In this document: positions 12,317-24,299 of the stretch, in pieces
Position numbering within the stretch: position 1 is the first letter of the stretch
Layout: each line of letters opens with the position of its first letter
Source of the DNA: Dicyema japonicum
Taxonomy: Eukaryota > Animalia > Dicyemida
Assembly (NCBI GenBank): GCA_011109175.1
Contig: RDEW01000016.1
Span: 858,367 to 919,708, forward strand
Length of the DNA stretch: 61,342 nt
Reading direction: 5' to 3'
Notes under the pieces: generated by a model
Database searches by the model: none
What the model was told of the DNA's origin: nothing
The model's input: the letters and a program-made list of their open reading frames with translations, nothing else
Made by a program: the position numbers and the translations under genes

Positions 12317-12412
12317 GCTGTGACCAAGGATCCTCGAGAGACTGGTTGGTTCCGAGAACGTATCTCGTTATCTATTGTTAGGGGAAATAGCATGGCCATT
12401 CAGATGCCTTAA
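12317..12412 (+). mobile_element. 3' end fragment of a CRE-type RLE retrotransposon
   Basis: DPRETGWFRERISLSIVRGNS resembles the CRE C-terminus and the in-window copy at ~26385-26480. Confidence 0.7.
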
Positions 12413-14026
12413 TTTAATTTTTATTCATTTGATAATAAAATTTCTTTCACTAAAAAAAATTGAACATAAGTAAAAAAATTGAAGTAAAAAAATTTTCATT
12501 TAAATAATACGCAACGTATGAGTAAAATAATATTTTATCAACTATCAAAAAACAAATGGTGATTAAAAATCTGCTATTTTTCACAGGCGGGTTATTTTAT
12601 CATTTTGTTTTATTTTAAAACCTCAAGATCACCAAGAAGAAAGTATTAACTCACAAATTAGGTGATCTCAGCCTCCAACATCTCTCGAATTCTCATCGAA
12701 TGATGCAATTGCACTCCAGAAGTACCTTCTTTTATGTCTGCAGAGAAAATATATCGGAGTACACTTTCTTGCATTTCATACAAGTCATAAAAATTGCATT
12801 GTGTTCGATCTGAATTCCTCTTGATGGGCAGCTCTTTCTCTGAATGGGTTATTTAGTTCGTTGCAGATACGTAGGAAGCCCTGGCCATTTCTCAACTTCG
12901 CCGCTTCTGAAAAGAGACTGGGGATGGATGTGGTGTCTGAATGCATATGGCGCATGATTTTCTGCCTGAGAAAGTTTATGTGCTCGACATTCGAAGAAAG
13001 AAGAGTGAATCTCCAGACAAATCAGTTATATTCAATTGTCGCCACAATTTCTTGAAGATATAGTTTGCTGATACAAACTGTAGGTGGGAAGGGGCTCTTT
13101 TTTATGATAATTTTTATTACGTTCCACTTTAGAAGCCCAATGGTTAACACTCTTCCATGTGAATGGAGAACTTCATAAGATAGTCGAATATCAGTCCAAG
13201 GATCTTCTGGATTCGCGTAGGAATTGATAGAAATTTGATTATCTTGTCCACATTACATGCAGAACTTGCACTGAGGGCCATCAAAACAACAAGTAAACCG
13301 CATGACGCCACGCTATGAGTTATTTTAAATCAATTTTGAAGTCCCTATTATTTTTATCTATTAAAAAATTGTTTGAAAATTGATATAAAAAGACAGCATG
13401 GCTTGTTTATTGAGTGGCTGACAGGTCAGTAACTTTCCATTCGTTGACATTTGGATAAGGGTAAATATATTTTTGGATAAAAAAACATCTTAAAACTCAT
13501 AATGAGGTGGAAATTTCAGTATCCTAAGGACCAAGACGTGAAACACATTCAATAATTAATTGCAATAAAATTTTATTAAAAAAAACATTTTGTAAGATTT
13601 AAACCATTTATCCCGGCTAACACAATTTGTTCTCTTACAAGTTAGTGATGCTGTAGTTACTAAACTAAGTAATTAATTAACTAAAATAATTGACTCGGCG
13701 TTGCCTTTCATGATGAACAGATATCAACAAGGGTACTCATCGGGTTTCACGAATGTCATGGCTTATGAGTGTACCCAGATATCCCAGTCTCTTAAAGAAA
13801 GTCAAATACTTCCTGCTTATACCTCAAATTATCTCTACGGAAATTGGGTGGAACATGAACCAGCCGAGAAGGCCTTTATATTTCTTACTTTAGACTTTTC
13901 TGCCATCTCTGCCATGAATTAACCGCTTTGATTTCGATAAAAATTACATGTGTAGTTATGTTTATAATTTTAATTTTAATAAAGGAATTATTTGAAAAGT
14001 AGGTTATAATTAAAATTTAATTAAGA

Positions 14027-16201
14027 TTATAGAGGTTTCTCGGCAATTTTATATCGAATTCCATCGCGATTTTCATCAGAAATCGGTCCATATCGTTCAT
14101 TGGGAAGAAAAAGTGATTTAAAAGTCTAAAATAAAAAAATATAATACATCTCCTTGTATGTAAACTTTAGTTAAGATCATATAAATAGCGTAGATTGGAA
14201 TGCAAAGGATTGGCGCAATAAACATTCCCCAACCTAAAGTTTCTGTAAAAGGAGGCAATAGCTTTCCATTATAAGAAACAGGTCTGTATGAAATGCAAGA
14301 AAAGATCATTATACCCTAAAATAATTAAAACGCAAAAAACGATTAAAACAAGTGGAGAAGAAATAAACCAACCGAATTGCCAATAATAATTTGGTTTAGA
14401 TCCGGTCATCATACGAATGTCCTCAGAGAAGTTTTTATATCCGTAGATCCACGAAACAATGATAATTTCAAAACAAGCAACAAGAATAAGCGAGAGCTGA
14501 GCAGTTCTCATGTCCATCAAAGTCAGCCAATAAATACCAGACTTCATTAAATTTTAAAAATTACTTGAGTTGTTAATGGGAGACCAAGCAAAAACCAAAT
14601 GAAACAACAAACAAACGTTGTAATGACTCTCCATTTTTTTAAAAATTCGAATGAGTCAAAAATTATTGAAAGAAAAGCTTCATGCATTCCAAACTAAATA
14701 ATTTATGTAAATGCAAACCTGTGTGTCTAGACCGACGCTAATTATCATAAGAAATAGTAAAAATGACCAAAATTGTGAAACTGGCAAAGTGACCAACACT
14801 TCTGGGTAAACAACAAATATGAGACCAACACCTTTGAATAAAATAGTGATTATCACCTTCTGTCACGACTTCCTTTATTGGAAGGCCAGTTTTGCTGCTC
14901 AGATTACCAATTATTGCAAATACTGCGAATCCAGCGTAAATACTTGTTGCACAATTAATCACAGAACAAAGAATCGCATCTCTAAAAATTATGTCAATAT
15001 TTTCAATATGCCTCTCGAATTTGTTATTAAACTCGTTATACGAAGAATAAAGCAGTAAGGATCCAAATCCAACACCAAGTGAATAGAAGATTTGCGATGC
15101 TGCTGCGATCCAAACCTACAAATTGGATATTAATTTTAAATTTACCGATCCATCTTTAAGTTTTGACCAATCTGGTTTAATGAAATACAAAATTCCATTT
15201 TTTGCGCCTGGTAAAATGCTCGCACGAATTAGCATAATCGTTATCAATAAGTAAGGAAGAACTGAAGTAACGTAAACGACCTAGATTATAATTTTCAGCA
15301 AAATATTACTTTTCCGCTCGATTTTATTCCTTTTGATAGGCACACGAAAAGTACAATCCACGATGCTGCTAACGCTATGACAAGTTTCGGTAAAAATTTT
15401 CCCGTATTCAAAATACCATCAGATTGAGCCAAAACGTAATTTCTATATTTTTTATAATACAAAATACGTCCAAAATTCTTCTGAAGGAGATTTACTTTTG
15501 AATGTTGAACAGTTGAAATAATTCCATAATTTATCGATGTAAAGATCTGAGTAGACTTTTTTTTCTTTGAGAAAAATCTTTATGGTATCATTTCGGCAGA
15601 GATAGTTTCTATTCAACTCATCTAAAATGGGGTATAAAGTATTTCTTATAAACCTATATTTGGTATTCCTAATGAAATTATATTTACCGTTTTATTTTTT
15701 GTTCTATCAATGCATTGTAATGAATTCCAGTAATTATCGCACGTTCCCCACGGAAGTTGATTTTTACATGATTCATACAAATATATTGCAGCATAGGCAA
15801 TAATGACGTTATAGTAGAGAGTAACTAGACCGGAGATTATCCCCATTCCATATCCAACCCCTAAGATTTTTGACATTTTCAATACCCTTTAATATTGGTA
15901 CCATTGAAAATGCATTAACCGGCCTACAGGAGCTAAATTGTCCGACACCTAATTCCATGTAGAACATCGGAATCCCGGCTAATATCAGAAATAAAAGATA
16001 TGGAACTAAAAAAGCACCTAAGATGACATATTTTAATGAACCTCCTCCGTTTGAATAAGCGAGGTAGGGAAATCTCCATATATTTCCCAGACCTACTGCA
16101 TATCCAATAACTGATAGCAAAAATTCTACATGGTTTGTCCACTTTTCAACATTCTAAATAGATTATGATAATTTTTATGCTTCAATATTGGGTTTTGACA
16201 T
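14027..16201 (-). CDS. SLC6 sodium:neurotransmitter/amino-acid symporter (PROT/GlyT-like amino-acid branch), 14 exons, about 610 aa
   Basis: [96 protein letters not shown]. Frame is open after removing 13 introns of 22-32 nt, two of them GC-AG. Gly in TM1 (YAVG) argues for an amino-acid rather than a monoamine substrate. Confidence 0.95.
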
Positions 16202-16779
16202 TTGAACTGACTGGCGACGCTATTCGTTTTATATAATCAAATCTAGTAATATTTTTGGGTATTTTTAGGCAAAACCACAATTAAAATTTTTTTTATTTTT
16301 ATTTTCATTTTATTAATGATTGAACCCAAGATTTATGTATTTTTACGTTTTTTAATTTTAAAATAAAATAATTTAATAAAAGTACCATTTTAATTTTAAA
16401 ATAACATATCAGAAAGATTTGATCAGCTTGTAGAGAATTAAGTAAAATATTTATAATTTATTTGATTGAACTAAAACTCCAATTGTAAAGATTAAACTAC
16501 ATAATTTCCCAAAATCCATTCAATTTTTTAAAACCGCAGTTTATGTCTTAATGTCTTTTGTCAGCTTTTTAATGGGACACTACTTAACCTTTAACAATAG
16601 TACAAAAAAAGGATATATTAAAAATATTTTCAATCACTTAATATGTAAAGGAAACTGTTCCGAAATCACTAGAATTTTTTATTATGATCTTAGGCATTTG
16701 TTGGTTGAGTGGTTGACACTCTTCTAATAATGTCTATGTCTTTATTGAAATCTTAGTCTGTCTATTCTACCCTGTTTAT

Positions 16780-16900
16780 AATTGAAACTTTCAACGTCAG
16801 AGGACTGCAGACGACCTCGATAAATTGCAAAAAACGTGCGAGGAGGAAAGTTACATGGAGAAAACTGGTAGAACGGATAGTGAAGAGCACGACATATTCG
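16780..16900 (+). mobile_element. Short LINE APE N-terminal remnant
   Basis: IIETFNVRGL; 16836-16876 matches the reverse complement of ~8472-8512 (cgtgcgagga.aaagtt.catgg...actggtagaacg). Confidence 0.5.
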
Positions 16901-17129
16901 GAACCCTAAGTATTCATATGCTTTTAAATAACGCGGGACAGCATTTAACTACCTAACTAACTTAGGCATAAATTTTATTATTTTTATTTAAAGCGCATTA
17001 TTCTAAATTTCACGTTTAAATTTTAATTCGCAATAAGTTATTGGTGCTGACATTATAGACATCTGTTTACTGCGTTAAATAACAGAAAATTAAAGATCAT
17101 TTAAGGAAAAAAATTAATAAAAATTATGA

Positions 17130-17385
17130 TAATTTGTCAATTTTAATATTTAAATTTCATTAGAGATATTCTAAAAATATTAACACACGGTATTTCAATT
17201 TTTGTACACGACTTGACCTATCCTTGTGAGTTACAGCATTAAATTAGAAATTTTTTTTTTAAAAATTAGCAGAATGTGTCAATTTTAATATTTCAAATTT
17301 CATTATTTATGTTCTAAAAATATTAACACGCGGAATTTCACTTTTTGTACACGACTTGACCAATCCTTGTGAGTTACAACAATGC
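17130..17385. repeat. Diverged tandem duplication of a ~105-bp unit
   Basis: tgtcaattttaatattt...ttttgtacacgacttgacc.atccttgtgagttaca occurs at ~17137-17230 and ~17276-17378 with several substitutions. Confidence 0.9.
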
Positions 17386-18506
17386 TTTATATTTAAGCTT
17401 GAATTGTTAATTAGAATAAACAAATCAATTTATAACGGAAAAAAGTGAGAAAATGGTGATATAGCAGCCGGCTGTGTGGCTATTCCTTCTCAGGATGACG
17501 AGCGAGATTCGCTCAAATAACCAGCAGCTCTCATTAGAAAAGGTATAAATATTCTCAGTCCTCATCGTTGTACAGCCAATTACTTTTTCTAACAAAATCA
17601 ATATTTTTCTTTTCCTAAGACATATTTAACTAAAAGCTAAAAATATCATGTAGTTTTTTATCTAATCATCGAAGGGATAGTTTTAACCACATTGATACTT
17701 ATCATTTTTAAAATTTTTTTTAGTTTAAATTTCAAAAACCTTCAGGTTGATTATATCACTACTATTCACATCAATTACGTTTATTATTTAACATTTTAGC
17801 GACGCACATATTGATTATCATCCTATACGTGCAGCTTCAGATAAATAATCCTCTAAGTTCTTTCAATTTTGGACTAGATGAGATTCAAACCAAGATCTTA
17901 CTTGCATCAGACATACCTTCGTTTGTTCAGAACCTCGTGTTTATGAGTCCGTCATCTTATCCATGCTCACAAAAAAAGTAACACAAGGGCTTTCATCAAT
18001 CACGAATTTATGTAGAGATCTCTGCAATCGAGATACACTTCCACCTATACGTTTCTACCAATTACTTACGCTTATGATTGCAATCAACAGATTTATCTTT
18101 GCCTCGTTAACTGGTAGGAGACCAGCGTCTACTAAGTAGGATTTTACCTTTGTTTCGTTAACTAGTTAACCAGCAAATGCAGATCACTCATATAGATAGA
18201 TGGGCATCGTATATGTTATGATCTACTTCCAATTCGGGGAGGTTTCAAAAAGAAAAGGATAAACTTCCCCATCATCCAGTTTATACCAGTATGTCGATAG
18301 GGAGTGACGACATCAAAATCTAAAAGATATATTTAATGCATAAAGTGAGCTCAGAAAGTTGGGTTAATCAAATTTCATAAACACGGACCAAATTATCATC
18401 ACAACTCAAACACACGAAGAGCACGCTAATAATTTAAAACGATATAGATTTAATTAAACCATACAATTAAAAAATCATAAATTAATTTATAAAAATAATT
18501 GAATTT

Positions 18507-18585
18507 ACGAGTGACGCTGTCATCAGTGATTCATCACTGTCAGGGACTCACAAGTAAGAAAAAAGAAAGTACCCTCGATTAGTGG
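18507..18585 (+). mobile_element. Internal fragment of the same SINE family
   Basis: acgagtgacgctgtcatcagtgattcatcactg matches the reverse complement of 29357-29390. Confidence 0.65.
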
Positions 18586-18639
18586 TTACGTTGTGCCGAC
18601 GTTAGCGTGGTTGTATGTAGCTACTTGATTGAAGATTTC

Positions 18640-18903
18640 TGTTTGTTTCTTCTGTTTCTCATCTTCCCTTTTATATAGCGTAGCATAATGTAATCCACCT
18701 GTCTTTGAAAAAAAAATCATTTGCTCTTCCCCACTTCACCGGAGGGGTTCTCACAATTCTAAGGAATGGACGTATTCTAGCTTTTATGCCAGTTCTGGAG
18801 GGACTTATTTGACGTTGGAAGGACTGTTTATGTGACTGGGAACTGGATACACTTAATTAGTTGCTAATTATTCACTTCTTTCTCGCTATATCCTGGGTTA
18901 ATA
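18640..18903. repeat. Dispersed repeat, copy A (homologous to 20293-20580)
   Basis: Shared blocks tcatttgctct, tgacgttg(g)aaggact, gaactggatacacttaa.tagttg, tcc.gggttaata. Confidence 0.75.
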
Positions 18904-18904
18904 A

Positions 18905-19136
18905 TATAATCGGCGATCTTACTGCTGCAGTTCGAACTGTTTGTACGGATTCTGACACGGTGAAAGCCACTCAGGAGACACTCTGTATATTGGGACAGAA
19001 ACATCCACCAGAACCAGAAGACTTTTGTAAACCTGTTCGTCCAGAACAATCTATGCATGATATTTCCACTTCAGCCATTTACAACGCTCTTTGTTCTTTC
19101 CGAAGAAGTAGCAGTGGAGGAGTTGACGGTCTCAAA
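18905..19136 (+). mobile_element. CRE-type retrotransposon RT N-terminal fragment, ending at a gap
   Basis: GDLTAAVRTV...LGQKHPPEP...SFRRSSSGGVDGL. Confidence 0.8.
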
Positions 19137-19181
19137 NNNNNNNNNNNNNNNNNNNNNNNNNNNNNNNNNNNNNNNNNNNNN
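19137..19181. other. Assembly gap (45 N)
   Basis: N run. Confidence 1.
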
Positions 19182-19757
19182 AAAAGATCTCTTTCTCACT
19201 CCACAGGAGGGGTTCTAAGAATTGTCGATGCGATGGACAGGATTTGTTTAAACCCGACCATGAGAACTGAATATACCTTAATTAGGCGTTAAATAACTTA
19301 TCATCTTTCTGATATATCTCGGGTTATTAAGTAAATAAACAAATACGGCATATTTTGTCACATCCTCGGACATATACTTCCCTCAATTAAAAAGACTCAT
19401 TTTGGTAATTAGACAGCTTTATTTGAAACTTAANTCATCAAATCCTGATAGACGTCAGCTGATTCATCTGACTCAGCAGACGCAAAATGCCTAGCCGGCA
19501 TCCGTAAAAGATCTCTTTCTCACTCCACAGGAGGGGTTCTAACAATTGTCGATGCGATGGACAGGATTTGTTTAAACCCGACCATGAGTACTGAATATAC
19601 CTTAATTAGGCGTTAAATAACTTATTATCTTTCAGGTATATCTCGGGTTATTAAGTAAATAAACAAATACGGCATATTTTGTCACATCCTCGGACATATA
19701 CTTCCCTCAATTAAAAAGACTCATTTTGGTAATTAGACAGCTTTATTTGAAACTTAA
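19182..19757. repeat. Near-identical ~250-bp duplication around a single N (19434); probable haplotype artefact
   Basis: 19182-19433 is nearly identical to 19506-19757. Confidence 0.85.
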
Positions 19758-20292
19758 CTTTCATTGACTAATAATTGAAAATTCTGGCTTTATTGCATTC
19801 CTCGAAATACTTAACCGTTTGGATAGCTATTGAATTTTCATGAACTTATTTACGTTGTTTATGAAATTTATTAAATTTTAAATGTTACTAATTAGGAATG
19901 AAGGCAAAATAATTTTAATATCTGCGTCAGCAATCCGTGGACTACAAACGGACAATCTAGTCCGTCAGATCGGCTAATGTACAAAAGGGTCACCAAAAAT
20001 CTACGTGAGACTGGACCGCTCCGATAGCGTATCTCGATGACTATTGTCAGAGGAAACAGTCTTGCAATTTAAGCTCGCAACATTAATTAAATATTTTTGA
20101 TAAAAATGATAAAAAACTTGTGTAGCATTATTTATAAGTACAATAAAAATTAAGATATAAATTAAATTAATTCATGTTTTTCTAACATCCAAAAAAACGA
20201 TAATCATTATTTTTTGAATTTTTTATCTATGAATATTCTTTGCTGTGAGCAGTAAAAGAGCTTCGTCGTGTGGCTCAATTTCGTGTTACGTG

Positions 20293-20580
20293 AAGTTTTC
20301 TGTTCCTTCTCTTTCCCTTCATAATAGAGTGGCGTCAAGTGCATCACCTGTCTCAGGTGGGGCCCAGTACCTGGCTGGCACGAAAAGGGATCATTTGCTC
20401 TCCCTCAATCGACTAGATTTGTTTATACCACTCCAAGGAATAGTAGTCTTTTACCTTTTATGTTGTTTCCGGGTAGACTTGTGTGACGTTGAAGGACTCT
20501 GCTTTTATAACAGTGGAAACTGGATACACTTAACTAGTTGTTTACTGTTAACTTTTTTCTCGGTGCATCCGGGGTTAATA
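20293..20580. repeat. Dispersed repeat, copy B (homologous to 18640-18903)
   Basis: Same shared blocks as copy A; minus-strand remnant INPGCTEKKVNSKQLVKCIQFP. Confidence 0.75.
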
Positions 20581-20999
20581 AATTAATTAATAACCATTAG
20601 GAATCAAACTGCCAATTCAGGTAGCTCTAAAAGATCCTTTACAAAGACACGAGATAGTCAAGAGAAAGCAAAAAAAAGATCATGAATTTTCAATTTTCTC
20701 AAAGAAGGGTGCATCCACAACGTATGTGGACAAGACAGTCTTCGGAAACATTGATTTTGAGGCGCATATCATGGAAGGTCTGCATCCGAATAATTATTTG
20801 TTTCTTAACACGCAAAATATGAAGTCATGAATTCTTTTGTTTTTTGGTCCAGGTTTGAATATCTGACATACAAGAAATTTTACCGACTGTTCTTTTGAAA
20901 GCAACTTGAATTCTGCGGATGATTATTACATACAGTAAATATCAAAAATTACAATTTTTAAGCCATTAATCACCGTTAGCACAGAAAAAAACAAATTTA

Positions 21000-21290
21000 T
21001 TCTAGGTGATCCCGTTTTCCTTCAACAATCTTGGCATTTTTCCGGATGTTCAAACTGTGTTCTGGCACATTTTCTTATAGGATAAAGGTCCCGTTTGAAA
21101 GGTTTTTTTACAAAGTCTGTTCAGCAGCAAGATTTGTTCCCCCAAACAACACACCATAACTCATTTTAGGTTCAATGTATTGTCGATAAAAAACATCTAA
21201 TCTATTGAGACTTTTGAGGGTCCATGAAACAATTACAAAAACAATATTTAACAAATTCAAAAGATACTGCACTTTACGAAGGACAGCTCC
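21000..21290 (-). mobile_element. LINE post-RT (C-terminal) remnant
   Basis: FYRQYIEPKMSYGVLFGG resembles the LY..(I)RP.(L)EYG..(W) motif of LINE ORF2. Confidence 0.55.
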
Positions 21291-21411
21291 TTCCAGGGAG
21301 AACAAAAACTTTATTTTTATGTAAAGACAGTTATAATAGCTAATCGATGAGGGAGAACAAACATTTATTTTTGTTGGTGTGAATTTTTATGTAAAGACAG
21401 TTATAATAGCT

Positions 21412-21555
21412 ACCGGTTCCACAGTGATATGTTCACTGATGACGACATTACTAGCCAAGCCAAAGCATCGTGGAGCCTTCAGCCTGAATGTGCAACAGCG
21501 AGATTCGAACTAGAGGCTATCATCTTTTGCCCGTAGGTTGCACAGCGCCACCCAA
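21412..21555 (-). mobile_element. tRNA-derived SINE, copy 2 (head plus central hairpin)
   Basis: A-box-like GTGGCGCTG (21543-21551), B box GTTCGAATCTC (21500-21510), hairpin CAGTGAACATATCACTG (21422-21438). Confidence 0.75.
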
Positions 21556-21606
21556 ATTCAAAAGAGGCTATCATAAAAAACCGTTTATATAAAAAAACAG
21601 AAATAA

Positions 21607-23591
21607 TTAATGTAATTTTTCCAGTTTGGCAACATAAAATCCATCCATGTTATGGACATGGGGGTAAAATCTGCGAGTCAAGGACATTGATTTATGAAAT
21701 CTAAATTGTTTAAATCTAAAAATAAATAAATGTGAACCTCACAAATCCATTTTCTCCAACACTCAAATTTGTATCAACAATACGGACTTTACGGTTATTT
21801 AAGGCATATTGAACAACATCTTCATTTTCCTGAACCAACAACGAACAAGTTGAATAGACAACAACTCCTCCGGGTTTACAACAATCAATGGAAGCTAAAA
21901 TAAGTTCCTTTTGAAGGTGGGATCGTTTCATCACGTCTTTTTCATCTCTCGATGTTCTGACCGACGGATCGTTAGAAATTACGCCAGAACCACTGCATGG
22001 GGCGTCAAGCAGTACACGGTCTACATTCAAACTCAACTGAACAAGGTTAAAATAATTAAGCTTACAGAAGGGATTTTCCGCCCATCTTTGTTAAACAAAA
22101 TCATATTCACGACTCCCAGACGATGAGAATTTCCCACTATAGCCTGACAACGATGGGAATCAACATCATTCGCGTACAGTGTTCCTGTATTCTTCATAAG
22201 AGCAGCTAAAAATGAAATTTCTTGATTAAAACCAATATAAGTAGTTTTTCCACCGGGAGCTGAACACATATCGAGTATTCGTTCCTCTGGCTTTGGATCG
22301 AGAGCGATAACAGGCATAAAACTGGAGGCTCCTTGAATTATGTAATGTCCAGCAAAATATTCCGGAGTAGCTCCAATGGGAATTTGAGACTCATAGACGA
22401 CTAACCCCACAGTGGACCAATCTTCCAAGGGATCCAAATTCACTCCACGAGAAATCAAGGCCTGGGCCAGCTCACGTCTTCGGGCTTTTATAGTGTTAGT
22501 TCGAATAGTCATTGGTCTTCTAGTTTCACAGGTTTCTAAAAACTCGATAATCTATAATAAATCTAAATTATACATTTTTAGGAAATAAATCCATAAATTG
22601 TTGCATTAAGAATTCGTTATAGGAGTAATATAGGCATAAGTTTTTCAACAAAGTTTTTCTGTATTCTTTACGGCGTCTGAATGAATTAAAAAGATTAAAA
22701 AACCTTCCTTCTTCACGTCGGTTCTTAAAATCGTCCAAAACGTAAATAATGTTGGCAATTTGTCGTTTTAGTTCATCCAGGTCAGGAATGATATCAAAAA
22801 TAAAAAGTCAATTTACCTGCGACTTCCTTAGATTTGTCGAAGAACTTAACGTCAACTTGTTTACACTCGTCTTTCATATGGTCTTCGATTTCCATTTTCT
22901 CGAGGAGTCTGTTAATTTTATTAATTACAATCCAACGTATCAACTTTCGCACGTTGTGCGTCTCTTTCGGCCTGCTTTTCTATTGGAAGAAGCTAAAATA
23001 GTAAAATAATAAAAAAAACATCATCCTCCTCTGATTCGTCTTCACATAGTTCAACTTCCTCGTCGTAATCACAGTACTCAGAATTTCCGTTGACTGAAAA
23101 TAAAACCAAACAAAAATAAACCCAGATTATTGGTGGATCCATCACCAGATGATTCAGAACCGCCCTCTTCAGAATCGAGAGGTAAATCTGAAAGTAAAAT
23201 AATAAAGCATACCTTTGAAAGAAACCCTCTTCTCTGTTAAACCAGTAGAATCGCTATTTTTTAGGCAACTTCAAATATTATACTTTTTAAAACCTACGAG
23301 GATAACTAGTATTGTTAGATGGAAGCGAAAGTGACTCGTTTGGAGTTTCTGGAATTTCATCGGTGGAATTTATTTTTGATTCATTAATAATCTTATCAAC
23401 ACCCTTACGGATTCTCTTTGATCTAAAATAAATATTTTATTTAACAGTCGTCGGCTGTCTTTAACTTTTATGTCTTTAAAAATATCTGGTCTAACTCGAC
23501 GTATAATATTCTCAGGATCAGGTTGAACTTTTGAAGCCTTTCCCTTTCCCTTCTTAGTTCTTTGACTGAAATCACGACTTTTTCTTCCCAT
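21607..23591 (-). CDS. NOP2: NOP2/NSUN1 25S/28S rRNA cytosine-C5 methyltransferase, multi-exon
   Basis: Basic MGRKS... N-terminus; [95 protein letters not shown]. One intron needs a TG acceptor (22795-22816). Confidence 0.96.
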
Positions 23592-23964
23592 TTGTTATTA
23601 CAACTTAAAACAAAAACGTTAGCACGTGATCTTTGAATTTTAATAAATTAATTTCATTAATATTTTAAATAAATATTTTATTTATTTGAATAATTTTTTT
23701 TATCAAGTTGTTTGATATTTTTCTTTGTTTAAATTTGCGTGGAGTTTACTTACTGACGTAAGTTCGTGTCCACTTGGCTCTTCTCCGTTGTGGTGACAAC
23801 ATTGATTTTTTGAACTGAATCGGACAATCTTTCTCGCAACTTTAACTATCTTGCTTTCTTTAAGATCTTATCACTTGTTTTCCGAGTTCTGCACGGCTCC
23901 AAATAAACCTTTCTGATCTCTGTGAGCATTCTCTCTTGGTTGTGACGTTCTTGTGAACCAATCG

Positions 23965-24275
23965 GTTTTCTTCACTCGAAGGGACCCGGGATAATTAAAT
24001 CAACTAGCATTATCGGGTAGCATACTGGTTAGTGTCGTCGTTCGCGTCGCGATTAGCTGCTGGTTTATTGCTACACCACTACCTGGTTGAAGGATTCTGG
24101 TCTTTGCCTTTATCAAATTCGGTTTCCTTCACTCGAAGGGACTCGGGATAATTAAATCAACTAGCATTATCGGGTAGCATACTGGTTAGTGTCGTCGTTC
24201 GCGTCGCGATTAGCTGCTGGTTTATTGCTACACCACTACCTGGTTGAAGGATTCTGGTCTTTGCCTTTATCAAAT
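23965..24275. repeat. Tandem duplication of a ~155-bp relatively GC-rich unit
   Basis: tcggttt.cttcactcgaagggac.cgggataatt...ggtctttgcctttatcaaat appears twice, nearly identical. Confidence 0.9.
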
Positions 24276-24299
24276 CCTCTTAAGTCAATTGCTCCAGCT

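Noticed and set aside
15660-15690. 15-nt micro-exon in the SLC6 extracellular loop 2
   Set aside because: The frame reads through as [14 protein letters not shown]; only the following 32-nt intron is needed.
17180-17230. Spliced-leader RNA or snRNA (GGTATT followed by AATTTTTGT)
   Set aside because: The second copy lacks both the GT donor and the Sm site, and no U snRNA signatures were found.
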